From Candidatus Woesearchaeota archaeon (lineage in GTDB: Archaea > Nanobdellota > Nanobdellia > Pacearchaeales > GW2011-AR1), in the NCBI GenBank assembly GCA_964530955.1, contig CAZHCL010000001.1, positions 1 to 64,000 of the forward strand: 64,000 bases of DNA, given 5' to 3'. Each line of letters starts with the position of its first letter. The first letter of the stretch is position 1. Shown here in pieces: positions 27,042 to 36,496 of the stretch. The notes under the pieces are model-generated. The model worked only from the letters and a program-made list of their open reading frames with translations. It was not told the origin of the DNA and searched no databases. Both the position numbers and the translations under genes were made by a program.

Positions 27042-27082
27042 CTTTCTCTTTTAGATTATCCTCGATAGAAAAGATTTATAAA

Positions 27083-27112
27083 TATAGGATATGAGTATAG
27101 GATATGAGTATA
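27083..27112 (+). repeat. 13-bp tandem repeat (TATAGGATATGAG x2.3) upstream of the pilin gene
   Basis: Seen directly, between a TTTATAAA box and the GGAGG SD. Confidence 0.8.
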
Positions 27113-27147
27113 AGCATAATTGCTTAAACAACTAAAAGGAGGTTAAA

Positions 27148-27591
27148 ATGTATAATAAAAAGGCCATAAGTGATGTTATATCTACAGTTCTTATTATTCT
27201 GCTTGTCGTAGCTGCAATTGCAATAATTGGTGCTATCGTACTAAACACAGTCAATAAGGGAGCTACAGGAGTAAACAGCGCAGTATCGTGCCAGTCTTTG
27301 GATATCAAACCTACGAGATGCTCACTAGCAGGAGTTGCTTCAACATTTGCTGTTGCTCAAAGAGGAGCAAGCGGTTCTGATATACAAGTAAATTCAGTAA
27401 CATTCTTATTCACTAAGAGTGATGGAACAACTACTCAATTGAGTACTAGTTCATCAATTAATGCGGTAGGGAGCACAGTTACTGGAAACCAGTCTGGAGC
27501 TTTCACAAGCGTAGCTACTTTTGAGAATGTAACATTGTCAGATGGAAGTAATACTGTCTGTCCGGCATCTACACCAGTAAGCTGCTCTTAA
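27148..27591 (+). CDS. Archaeal type IV pilin-like protein (class III signal peptide)
   Basis: KKA/ISDVISTVLIILLVVAAIAIIG; paired Cys; strong SD. Confidence 0.88.
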   Translation: MYNKKAISDVISTVLIILLVVAAIAIIGAIVLNTVNKGATGVNSAVSCQSLDIKPTRCSLAGVASTFAVAQRGASGSDIQVNSVTFLFTKSDGTTTQLSTSSSINAVGSTVTGNQSGAFTSVATFENVTLSDGSNTVCPASTPVSCS

Positions 27592-27640
27592 TTAAATTTA
27601 TTTTTTATTTTAATTCTATTTATTTTTATAGAATCTTTTT

Positions 27641-28078
27641 TTATCTTAATTTTTTTGCAAGCCAATTAGTTAGTAAGAACTCTCTTCTGTAGAAAATATC
27701 TCTTTGTATCAAGTATATCAGGTCAAGGAAAGAATGGAAAACCATTCCAATAAAAACATAAATGAAAGGATCCCAGATTAATCCCAAGAGAAAAGTCAGA
27801 AGCAAAAATTCTATAGTGTGGAAAATATGAAAGTCTCCTCTTTTTCTTATTCCTTTTTCTCTTTCAATTAGTGCTATCTTTCCCTGCTGAATATGGTAGT
27901 CGAATGCCTTCTTTAAACTTAAAGAATGATTCTTCATTACTGGTTCTAGGTAATGGTCAAAATCGATAAGAAAAGAAGACAAGAAAATTAGAATTGTTCC
28001 GTATATGGGAATTTTAAATGCCAGAAAAACAATTAGGGAAAAAATAGCTCCTAGAATAATATGTGTTTTTGGAAGCAT
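27641..28078 (-). CDS. Membrane-bound metal-dependent hydrolase (YdjM-like)
   Basis: TH, DFDH, FHT, HSFLD motifs. Confidence 0.7.
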   Translation of the reverse strand: MLPKTHIILGAIFSLIVFLAFKIPIYGTILIFLSSFLIDFDHYLEPVMKNHSLSLKKAFDYHIQQGKIALIEREKGIRKRGDFHIFHTIEFLLLTFLLGLIWDPFIYVFIGMVFHSFLDLIYLIQRDIFYRREFLLTNWLAKKLR

Positions 28079-28080
28079 TG

Positions 28081-29607
28081 CTAATGATTCTCAAGTTTTC
28101 TTATCATTTCTGCGAATGCAGGTCTAGAGATGAATACTCCTGCAGTTATCCCTATTATGGTAGTAACTGCAAATCCTTTGAGAAGACCTGCGCCTGCCCA
28201 ATAGAGAGGAAGAAGAGAAGCAACTGCTGTCGCGTAGGATGCGAGGATTATGAAGATGGCTCTCTTAATTCTTTCACTTAAACTTGATTGTGAACCTCTT
28301 TTTGCTTCATCCAAGATTACTATCTGACTATCAACTCCCGTGCCTATTGTTGCGAGTATTCCTGCTATAGAAGGCAAATCAAGATTCCATTTAATAAGAG
28401 CAGCTACTCCGAGAATTATAATTAGTTCAGAGAAAGAAGTGAAAAGCAATGCAAGAGAAGCCTTGACTTTTCTATACCTAATAAAGATTATTATGCTGAC
28501 CGCAAGAAGTGATGCTATGCCTGCTAAAATTAAAAGCCAAGTGAAACTGTTTCCCAGATTAGGCGAAATGGTGTCGAGCTTTACTATATTTAACTTATAT
28601 GGCAAACTACCAGTTATAAGAATAGTCTGAAGTCTCTTCATGTTATCTAAAGCGTTGGACATCGCTTCATCCTGGGTGTTTCCTGTTCCCGGTCCTTGGA
28701 TTGATATTTGGGTTGCTGCCTGTCCCTTCAAATCGGCGCCTATTGAAAGAGAATCAACTAATTTGCTGTCTACGTAAAGATCTAACTTCTGAGATAAATA
28801 TTGAGGTGCGGAAGGGTCAATTGAAACGTTGCTCGTTATATCTGCCTGCCTTTGCGCGGCCTGTGCTGTTAAATATACTGTAAATCTAAACTCACAAAGG
28901 TATCCTCCTTGTTGTGCGGGATCACATGAAACTACTCCTGAGCAAGAGGCATCATTTCTGCATACATCGCTTATATCCTTTTTTCCTCCTTCAAATATAG
29001 TTGAATTTCCTATTTTTGCTTCAAACTTTCCCTGCTGAGATATTAAATCCTGTAAATCATTAGGAGTTGCTCCTGCAACTTCGACAAGCATATACTTATT
29101 TCCTGATAAATCACTGACACCACTTATCTGAACATCCGACAGACCGAAAACATTAAACCTATTTGTACTAACCTGAATTAAATCATCCAGTTGTTTGTCA
29201 GTAATAACTGTATCTGGTTGAACTAGTGCTCTTGCTCCTCCTCTTAAATCTAATCCTGTTTGAATTCTAGACTTAGGTATATCTTCAATCGTGATATTCG
29301 GAACCTGACTAGATAACAGAACGTAATCATTCTTGTCCGTCTTTATATCTATGCGCTTTGATTCATTACTACCCGTTGTAAAAATAGAGCTTATGATATT
29401 AGAATAATCCTGAGCATTATTTATTGTCTGACTATTTATAGAACTTATAATTTCTCCTGAACGCATACCTTGATTAAAAGCAGATGAATTAGGCTCGACT
29501 GACTTTACAACAACTCCTTTTCCAAAGAAGTTAGGACCTATGGCTAATATGGATAATATCAGCACGATAATCAAAAGCCAGATTTTCCATCCCCAATTAA
29601 ATTTCAT
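28081..29607 (-). CDS. secD: Protein-export membrane protein SecD (start probably 29607, ATGA overlap with secF)
   Basis: GLDLRGG, ISPNLG, LPSIAGILATIGTGVDSQIVI, GFAVTT. Confidence 0.93.
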   Translation of the reverse strand: MKFNWGWKIWLLIIVLILSILAIGPNFFGKGVVVKSVEPNSSAFNQGMRSGEIISSINSQTINNAQDYSNIISSIFTTGSNESKRIDIKTDKNDYVLLSSQVPNITIEDIPKSRIQTGLDLRGGARALVQPDTVITDKQLDDLIQVSTNRFNVFGLSDVQISGVSDLSGNKYMLVEVAGATPNDLQDLISQQGKFEAKIGNSTIFEGGKKDISDVCRNDASCSGVVSCDPAQQGGYLCEFRFTVYLTAQAAQRQADITSNVSIDPSAPQYLSQKLDLYVDSKLVDSLSIGADLKGQAATQISIQGPGTGNTQDEAMSNALDNMKRLQTILITGSLPYKLNIVKLDTISPNLGNSFTWLLILAGIASLLAVSIIIFIRYRKVKASLALLFTSFSELIIILGVAALIKWNLDLPSIAGILATIGTGVDSQIVILDEAKRGSQSSLSERIKRAIFIILASYATAVASLLPLYWAGAGLLKGFAVTTIIGITAGVFISRPAFAEMIRKLENH

Positions 29608-30782
29608 GTTATGTGCTTGACCTCCATGTACCACTTTAGCATTGAAGCATTTGATATCCATGTGTTTAGGATATCAAAGAATAAACCTATAAGAATAATT
29701 CCAAATATCTGTCTTAGAGTATCTGAAAAACCATAAATTACTGTAAATGAAACTGCTACTGCTGCTATGGCAGTAAGAGTCATTGTAATTCCTGTTTTAA
29801 ATGCCCCAAAAATTCTGTGATTTACATTGCCATCTTTACTTTTAAGTAAACGGGTAGTTAACAAAATGTCTGTATCAACAGAATATCCTATAAGCATAAG
29901 GAATGCAACTATTCCTGCTGTTGACAACTGCATCTTGAGAATATCAGCCACAACAACAGTCATAATTATGTCTGCAAATGCGGAGAGAATTACTGCAAAG
30001 CTAGGTATTGAATAAAATACATATATGAAAATCAATGCAGCTGCAATTGGTATCAGAATTATTGGATTTGGATAAATGAAGAAGAGTAGCACTGATACTA
30101 CAAAAATTGAAAATGAAATTAGGTAATCATTTCTGACTTTATTTTTAGAAGTAAGACAAATTATTAAACCGCAAAACATCGCAAGCAGAGAAAGCATATT
30201 TATTGCAGGTATAGCTGGGAGCAATATGCTTAGACCTAAAAAAGAAAGTATAGTTGCGATTCCTTTCATTTTTCTTGACTCTGCGAAAATAATAAAGACA
30301 ACCCAACCCATAAGCAAAAAAGCTGCGAAAACGGCGTTTTTCAGCTGTGAATAAAATCCGCTTGAAAGATTGCTCCCTGAAAACTCAACAGATGAATTAT
30401 CGCTCGTCAGATTATAGCCAATAACCTTTTCTATTGCTGCCTTTGCAGTATTTGCATCTGCCTTCGTTTCTACAAAGAAACCTACCTGCTTCTGAGTTCT
30501 GAAATCTGATATGGACCTTACGATGACATCAGGGAATTGAGTTTTGAGTTCTGTTTGAAGAGAAGCTATATTTACGTGAGAGTCAGATATGGTTATAGTT
30601 GTTCCTCCTGTGAGAGAAACGTCTTTGTAAATAATGTCTTGATTAGTACTATAAAAATTAAACAAATAGACTAAAGAGAATAGTATTAAGATTGCAGGAA
30701 TTAAAAGAAGCCACTTGTAATGTCTATCGTACCATCCTCTTACATGTGTGGATTGTTCAGTCTGATGTTGCTGGTTTTCCAT
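29604..30782 (-). CDS. secF: Protein-export membrane protein SecF with a ~90-aa hydrophobic insertion
   Basis: SLTGGT, IGYSVDTDILLT, TGITMT motifs. Confidence 0.9.
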   Translation of the reverse strand: MENQQHQTEQSTHVRGWYDRHYKWLLLIPAILILFSLVYLFNFYSTNQDIIYKDVSLTGGTTITISDSHVNIASLQTELKTQFPDVIVRSISDFRTQKQVGFFVETKADANTAKAAIEKVIGYNLTSDNSSVEFSGSNLSSGFYSQLKNAVFAAFLLMGWVVFIIFAESRKMKGIATILSFLGLSILLPAIPAINMLSLLAMFCGLIICLTSKNKVRNDYLISFSIFVVSVLLFFIYPNPIILIPIAAALIFIYVFYSIPSFAVILSAFADIIMTVVVADILKMQLSTAGIVAFLMLIGYSVDTDILLTTRLLKSKDGNVNHRIFGAFKTGITMTLTAIAAVAVSFTVIYGFSDTLRQIFGIILIGLFFDILNTWISNASMLKWYMEVKHIT

Positions 30783-30834
30783 TATAAATAAATATATTTA
30801 AGGCGCTTTTAAACCTAATCTTTAATTGCCTTGA

Positions 30835-30935
30835 TGCGCGATACGAGAATCGAACTCGTGTATATTGGTTTTTTCCTCTCAGAATTAACTGAGGTGCGAT
30901 GGAAACCAATCATTCTGCCATTAAATTAATCGCGC
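30835..30935 (-). tRNA. tRNA-Gly(TCC) with a 30-nt intron at 37/38 (30870-30899)
   Basis: Acceptor GCGCGAT/ATCGCGC, A73; anticodon stem ATTGG/CCAAT; BHB-like central helix TTTC/GAAA. Confidence 0.88.
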
Positions 30936-30991
30936 TTGAATTTATGATTAAAATAGAGGTTTTAAAGGTTTTTATTCTTTATACTTATTAA

Positions 30992-31372
30992 TTATCCTGT
31001 TTGATTATATCTTCCAGACCTATAGCCCATCATTCCGCTAAAATTCATTATTTCTCTACATATACTCTGATTACTTAAATTCCTGCAGTAATAAAAACAA
31101 TAACCTCTGTTTTGGGAGCAATAACTTGTTATTTTGTCTGGACTTGGATTTGAATCAAAGAAAGAATTTATCTCATTAATCTGTTGCGAGCTTAGTTGGA
31201 AAGCAGTTCTATCTCCCCTCATCATTCCCATGAAATAATTATTAGAATTGCCAGAATAATTATTTTTATTGAATGCTCCTGAAAAATAGAGGTATCCTGC
31301 AACTATAGCAATTACTAAAAAAATAGAAACCACTATAATCATCGTTATTTTTCCTTTCTTCATAAACATCAA
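30992..31372 (-). CDS. Membrane-anchored hypothetical protein
   Basis: N-terminal TM; four clustered Cys. Confidence 0.55.
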   Translation of the reverse strand: MMFMKKGKITMIIVVSIFLVIAIVAGYLYFSGAFNKNNYSGNSNNYFMGMMRGDRTAFQLSSQQINEINSFFDSNPSPDKITSYCSQNRGYCFYYCRNLSNQSICREIMNFSGMMGYRSGRYNQTG

Positions 31373-31429
31373 TAAAAAATTTGACTTTTAAACCTAATGC
31401 AATTTGCGTCCATATCTAGAAAGGTATAA

Positions 31430-31506
31430 CGCTCCCGGCAGGATTTGAACCTGCGACCCCTGCCTTAGGAGGGCAGTGCTCTAAATCCAGGCTGAGCTAC
31501 GGAAGC
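31430..31506 (-). tRNA. tRNA-Arg(CCT)
   Basis: Acceptor GCTTCCG/CGGGAGC, G73; anticodon arm CTGCC-CTCCTAA-GGCAG. Confidence 0.95.
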
Positions 31507-31555
31507 ATAACAATAAAGAACTTGTATCGTTTTAAAAAGTATCTATCTAAATAAG

Positions 31556-32371
31556 TTAATTGAAAAGAGAATAATTTACCCAGTCAGCCTTTTGTCTTAA
31601 TGGCTCTATCCTATCATAGAGAGAAGAAGGAAGAAGTTGCTTCAATCTTTCCGTACCATCAATGATTTCTTTTTCCTCTTTTACTCTGGCAAATCTTAGT
31701 GCAACTATTCCTTGTAGAGTCCTATCTAAAAAGTCGGGCTCTGCAACTTTTGCATATCCTTCTCCAAAGCTGCAAAAATCAGAACGCAACAAAGCATAGG
31801 CAACTAAAAAGTCGCTTCTTACTTTATCTTGTCTGAACATTCCATTTGCCAACATATTTTCATTTTGAAATTCAGAAAATAAAGTATGTTTTTTCCAAAG
31901 ATATTCTTGGTCATGCAATCCAGGCCAATATAGTTCTCTAACAATGGAAATGTCAGATAATAATAAGGGTTCACGTATTCCTGTTGTATGCCCTATGCTA
32001 GTTGACCCGTTAACTTCTGCATAATTTCTTAAATCCAAAATCTTTAATAATTCTCCAAGAGCCTTATTTCTTCTTTCTCTATCCAAAAAAGGATAAACTG
32101 CGCCAATGGAATTATACAATGCCCAAGGAACTGTTTCAGCAGGACCTCCTGCGGTGGCTTCTATAAATGCCCTAGTTTTTCCGTCTTCTTCACTATGATA
32201 TGCATCGTCTAACGCATTATTGTAAGTTGCTACTATCTGAGAAATAGCTTTATCAGGATCATCTTGAATAAGCCTCGCTAAGGGTTCTACATGAATTGCA
32301 GCTGCTGCTTCATGAGCCGCAAATGCTCCTCTAATGCCTGCCATTATTCTTTTTAAATCATTTTCGTTCAT
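31556..32371 (-). CDS. Hypothetical helical protein
   Basis: 271-aa ORF with no recognised motif. Confidence 0.55.
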   Translation of the reverse strand: MNENDLKRIMAGIRGAFAAHEAAAAIHVEPLARLIQDDPDKAISQIVATYNNALDDAYHSEEDGKTRAFIEATAGGPAETVPWALYNSIGAVYPFLDRERRNKALGELLKILDLRNYAEVNGSTSIGHTTGIREPLLLSDISIVRELYWPGLHDQEYLWKKHTLFSEFQNENMLANGMFRQDKVRSDFLVAYALLRSDFCSFGEGYAKVAEPDFLDRTLQGIVALRFARVKEEKEIIDGTERLKQLLPSSLYDRIEPLRQKADWVNYSLFN

Positions 32372-32503
32372 TGAAATATCAAAGAAAGAGTCTTTTTAAC
32401 ATTAATCTGCAATATTCATCTAAATTAGTAGTGACTTTACTGCAATAAAGACTAGCAAATCTATCACGACAAAGCTTAAATATTATTTGCCCTTATTTTA
32501 ATA

Positions 32504-33052
32504 ATGAGAAAAAATATTTATCTTGCTGTTTTTGCTGTTTTCTTTCTGGCACTGACTCTTGGACTTGCTTCTGCAGCTGACAGCTATTCAAGTTATTGGA
32601 ATGGCAATAGTTATTCAGGTGGCTCTTTTGGAATAAATTATCCAAGTTACACTTATACACCCACAGTAAACAGTCAAGCTTCTGATATGATCCAGCAGTC
32701 AAGCTATTCAAATGCAAATTATAATGGACCTTTAATAGAAAAAGTCTTCACTTACGACTCTTCTCTTGATGTAATTAATAGAGATAGATTCAAACAAACT
32801 CTTTCAGTGAAAATGAATGAGTATTATTCTGGTGGTTCATCTTATTCTAACTCTGGAAGCAACAGCAACGAGCAGCACACTAATAATTATAATTCATATT
32901 CTCCAAACCCTAATTCATATAATGGTGGATCTTACTGGGGAAAGGCTCCAGATTATGACTCATCTAATTATAGAAGTAGTTCCTATTCCAACCCTTACTA
33001 TTACTCTCCAAGATATGACTCTAGTTCTGGATATTACAACTGGAGATATTAA
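32504..33052 (+). CDS. Secreted Ser/Asn/Tyr-rich low-complexity protein
   Basis: Signal peptide; extreme S/N/Y composition. Confidence 0.65.
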   Translation: MRKNIYLAVFAVFFLALTLGLASAADSYSSYWNGNSYSGGSFGINYPSYTYTPTVNSQASDMIQQSSYSNANYNGPLIEKVFTYDSSLDVINRDRFKQTLSVKMNEYYSGGSSYSNSGSNSNEQHTNNYNSYSPNPNSYNGGSYWGKAPDYDSSNYRSSSYSNPYYYSPRYDSSSGYYNWRY

Positions 33053-33706
33053 TTAAGAAGATTCTTTTTTAAACAAACTTATTTTATTTGTTATAAGCAC
33101 GTAAATACAAAGAAGGAATATTCCAAGTGCAAATGAACCTAGCACATCTGAGAACCAGTGAACATTTAAAATCAATCGTGAAACGCCTATGAGCAATACA
33201 AGTAAGGCTGCTAAGACAATCAATATTCTTTTGGCACTTCTAGACTTAATATGATGCTCAAATAAATAAACAAGAGTTCCAAAAAAGACAAGAGCCATCA
33301 AAGCATGACCGCTTGGGAAAGAAAAATCAGTTTCTGTTATAAGAGAATTGAGGGGTCTTGGCCTATGAACTAGTATCTTTATTCCTTGACTTATAATTGA
33401 AGTTATTATTGTTAATATAGTCAGAGAAATCGCCTCTAATTTTCTCTTCTTGTAAAAAAGAAAACAAATTACTACTAAGAATAGGATTATAAAAATACTC
33501 GGCTCAAAAGAATAATGAATTATTTTCGATATTTCAATAAAAAAGTTGTTTCTTATTTCAGGAATAGAAAGATTAATTTTTGTATCAAAATTGCTAAGCC
33601 ATGAGTTCGAGAGACTTTGTAGAATTAATATAAAGGAAATTAATGATACAAATGAAATTAGGTAAATAACTTGTTTTTCTCCTGATGTCAACTCTTTTTC
33701 AATCAT
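33053..33706 (-). CDS. PAP2 family phosphatase
   Basis: KILVHRPRP, SFPSGH, SRLILNVHWFSDV. Confidence 0.9.
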   Translation of the reverse strand: MIEKELTSGEKQVIYLISFVSLISFILILQSLSNSWLSNFDTKINLSIPEIRNNFFIEISKIIHYSFEPSIFIILFLVVICFLFYKKRKLEAISLTILTIITSIISQGIKILVHRPRPLNSLITETDFSFPSGHALMALVFFGTLVYLFEHHIKSRSAKRILIVLAALLVLLIGVSRLILNVHWFSDVLGSFALGIFLLCIYVLITNKISLFKKESS

Positions 33707-33747
33707 TTGAATTTATGGAACTATTATGTATTTAAACTTTGACAGAA

Positions 33748-33969
33748 TTATTTCTTCTGAGTGAACTCAGTATAATGGCACTTGCCACAGTAAACTCTGT
33801 CCTTATGCTTTGCCAAAAATATGCCTGGTCCGCATCTTGGGCAAAATCCATTTCTGTTTGCTTTCTCACCATCTACTTTATAATGAGAATATTTCTTGCT
33901 TGTGGGCTTGTTCTTATGCGGCTTCTTTCCTTGCCTGTCTTTTCCTGTTCCGCCTGTTGTTGCTGCCAT
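33748..33969 (-). CDS. rps27ae: 30S ribosomal protein S27ae (eS31)
   Basis: [20 protein letters not shown]. Confidence 0.95.
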   Translation of the reverse strand: MAATTGGTGKDRQGKKPHKNKPTSKKYSHYKVDGEKANRNGFCPRCGPGIFLAKHKDRVYCGKCHYTEFTQKK

Positions 33970-34251
33970 TTACTTTGCCCCTCCGGCTGCGGCATCTTTT
34001 TTAACTTTTTTCTTAGGTTCTATTAATTCCTTATCCTTCACTGAATCATATATAAAAGCGTCAATTAGAAATGTATTTCTTCCAAATTTGCTTTTAACTT
34101 CTTTTACTGCTATTGAATCTTCTGACGCCTTAAACTGGTCTGCAATCATCTTAATTGAATTCTGGAATCCTGGATTTGATGGAGATTCAACTACCACTTT
34201 TACTTCCCTTCTTTTTAGTAGACTATTTTTAAAATCGTTCATTGTTTTCAT
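33970..34251 (-). CDS. rps24e: 30S ribosomal protein S24e
   Basis: KNSLLKRREV...FG; conserved synteny. Confidence 0.9.
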   Translation of the reverse strand: MKTMNDFKNSLLKRREVKVVVESPSNPGFQNSIKMIADQFKASEDSIAVKEVKSKFGRNTFLIDAFIYDSVKDKELIEPKKKVKKDAAAGGAK

Positions 34252-34439
34252 CCTAGCTTTATCGCATAAGCGCCCTTGTCTTTAATTTTCAGATTTTTAG
34301 AGACTTCTGATTGGTCTGGATTAAGAACTACTATCTTTCCTTTTGAATTTTCAGCTATTTCTTCTGAGCCACACTTAGAGCACTTCGTTCCCTCGGTGAC
34401 TATACTTTTGCATTGCTTGCATGCTTTCTGAGGAGCCAT
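34248..34439 (-). CDS. spt4: Transcription elongation factor Spt4 (RpoE'')
   Basis: KACKQC...CSKCGS...GAYAIKL. Confidence 0.92.
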   Translation of the reverse strand: MAPQKACKQCKSIVTEGTKCSKCGSEEIAENSKGKIVVLNPDQSEVSKNLKIKDKGAYAIKLG

Positions 34440-35041
34440 TATTTCTTGCCCCCTTTCTTTTCGCCCTTTTCAGATTTCTTGGCTGCTGCCTTAGCTGCAT
34501 GTTCTTTTTTCTTTTTATCTTCATTTATCCAGTCGACTTTTCCAAGTCCTGGCTGTCTCATTGTAAGACCTATTTTTGGCTCACCTGACTTATAACTTAT
34601 CGCGACAATTCTAGCAAGGCATTCGTCACCCTTTGAAATTACTCTCTTGCTTGCTTTTCCAGATAGTGTTCCAGTCTTGCTAAGAGAGACATAATCTTCC
34701 ATTGTCTGAGAAATATGTATCATTCCCTGTGCAGGACCCATTTGGATAAATGCTCCAAAACTTGTTATTTCACTTATTGTTCCATAAACTAATTCATGTA
34801 ATTCAGGTCTCCAAGTAAGAAGCTTGAAAATTGACTTATAGAAAGGAGCCCCATCTCCTGGAATTATTATTCCATCATCGACTACTTGTGCAGATATCAC
34901 TTTTACTACAAAGCCTAATTCTTTTGTGACTTTCCCTACATAAGTCTCGTTCAACTGCTTTTCAACTGCTTCTTTTGTCTGAAGGCCAAAAAGCCTAGGC
35001 TCGACTCTTACATGATCTTCTACTTCTAAGATATAGAACAT
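34439..35041 (-). CDS. rpoE: RNA polymerase subunit E' (Rpo7)
   Basis: VRVEP..FG, FGAF, GMIHISQ, KIGLTMRQPGLGK. Confidence 0.95.
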   Translation of the reverse strand: MFYILEVEDHVRVEPRLFGLQTKEAVEKQLNETYVGKVTKELGFVVKVISAQVVDDGIIIPGDGAPFYKSIFKLLTWRPELHELVYGTISEITSFGAFIQMGPAQGMIHISQTMEDYVSLSKTGTLSGKASKRVISKGDECLARIVAISYKSGEPKIGLTMRQPGLGKVDWINEDKKKKEHAAKAAAKKSEKGEKKGGKK

Positions 35042-35104
35042 AGTCTCATGAGAAAAAATTGCTTTAAAAAGCTTTGCTTGAAATCAGAAAGGGCTTATTT
35101 TGGC

Positions 35105-35647
35105 CTATTTAATGTCAACAGACAATATGAAGATAGTGAGTATTATTAACGGTAGGGTAGAATGATAAAGATTCAAAATGTAGAAACCTAGAAAAGTTGA
35201 TTCATAACCAAATAGTGCTAGAGCTAGAGCAGATATGGCGAATATAATTAAACCCAATAATTGAGTATAAACAAGTATTTTATTAAAAGAATGCACTTTT
35301 TTATTCTCCTTTCGGTCATTTATCTTGAAGAAAAAATAATTAATGAAAAACATGGCTATTACGGCGATGCCCCAAACAAACAAAGCAGGCACTTTTGAAC
35401 TTGAAACAGGATTCAGCCCCACCATCGCCCCGATCTTGTACATTCCCATCTCAAGAGTTGTTAAGTCTCCCAGCCAAAGGCCTATAAGGAAAAAGAGGCC
35501 AAATATGGGGGCGAGAGGGTTAATCTTTATATCTTTTATTTTCTTCTTTCTTTTAATCACGTAATAAATTGTTGACAATAGTAAAGCAAGAATTGTTAAA
35601 AATAGTAAATAAGTAAATATGCTGCTGGAATCCATGTTTATGCTCAT
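35105..35647 (-). CDS. Hypothetical multi-pass membrane protein
   Basis: About 5 TM helices. Confidence 0.55.
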   Translation of the reverse strand: MSINMDSSSIFTYLLFLTILALLLSTIYYVIKRKKKIKDIKINPLAPIFGLFFLIGLWLGDLTTLEMGMYKIGAMVGLNPVSSSKVPALFVWGIAVIAMFFINYFFFKINDRKENKKVHSFNKILVYTQLLGLIIFAISALALALFGYESTFLGFYILNLYHSTLPLIILTIFILSVDIK

Positions 35648-35922
35648 TTTATTGCCTTCCTATATACAAAATAGATAACGATAGTAATTATGACTGCAAA
35701 GATAAAAGTTAATGCTATTATTTGAATGTTTGAGAATGTTGACTCGGACATATTGAAAAACTTTTGCTGGACTCTGCCCAAAGAAAGAATTACAAAAGAT
35801 ATAGAATAAATAACTACTAGAATTAAAGACTCAATTAACAACTCTTTATCTCTATTTTTCATCCTTTTTCTTGTAAATGGCAATCTTATCCTGTCTAAAA
35901 GAGATCCTTTTTTTATTTTCAC
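35644..35922 (-). CDS. Hypothetical two-TM protein
   Basis: Overlaps the next start; hydrophobic segments. Confidence 0.5.
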   Translation of the reverse strand: MKIKKGSLLDRIRLPFTRKRMKNRDKELLIESLILVVIYSISFVILSLGRVQQKFFNMSESTFSNIQIIALTFIFAVIITIVIYFVYRKAIK

Positions 35923-36087
35923 ATCTATGAGTGGAATATCTTATATAAAAATCTATTTAAGAGATTAATCTGAGATTTTTCAGGAAAGCATAATTTTATA
36001 AATACCTCTTTCCACAAAAAAGTATAGAGAAAATGAATGCGATTGCATCAAGTTTTTTTCTTGAAGATGAAAGGAGTATAGAATTTA

Positions 36088-36426
36088 ATGGGAAAGAAAT
36101 TGTATGTCGGAAATTTACCTTTTTCTGTAACATCAGAGAAATTGAAAGAAATCTTTTCTGCTTATGGCGAAGTTGAAGCGGAAGTTATTTCATTCAAAGA
36201 CACAGGCAAATCAAAGGGATTTGGTTTTGTAACTGTAGCTGATGACATTCAAGCTGAGAAAGCTAAGCAAGAAATGAACGGAAAGGAACTCGAAGGAAGG
36301 AAAGTGCTTGTTAATGAAGCAGCGCCTTTCGATCCGAATAAGCCAAGAAGACCTAGAAGAGATTTTGGGGATAGAAGATTTGGCGGCGGCGGACGAGGAA
36401 GATTCGACAGAAGAGACGACGATTAA
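36088..36426 (+). CDS. RRM-domain RNA-binding protein with RG/RD-rich tail
   Basis: RNP2 LYVGNL, RNP1 KGFGFV. Confidence 0.92.
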   Translation: MGKKLYVGNLPFSVTSEKLKEIFSAYGEVEAEVISFKDTGKSKGFGFVTVADDIQAEKAKQEMNGKELEGRKVLVNEAAPFDPNKPRRPRRDFGDRRFGGGGRGRFDRRDDD

Positions 36427-36496
36427 GAAATCGAGCTCTTCAAATAAGTTATTTTATTTTTTTATTTAACGTTTTGTTTTTTACTTGAAATGGCAG

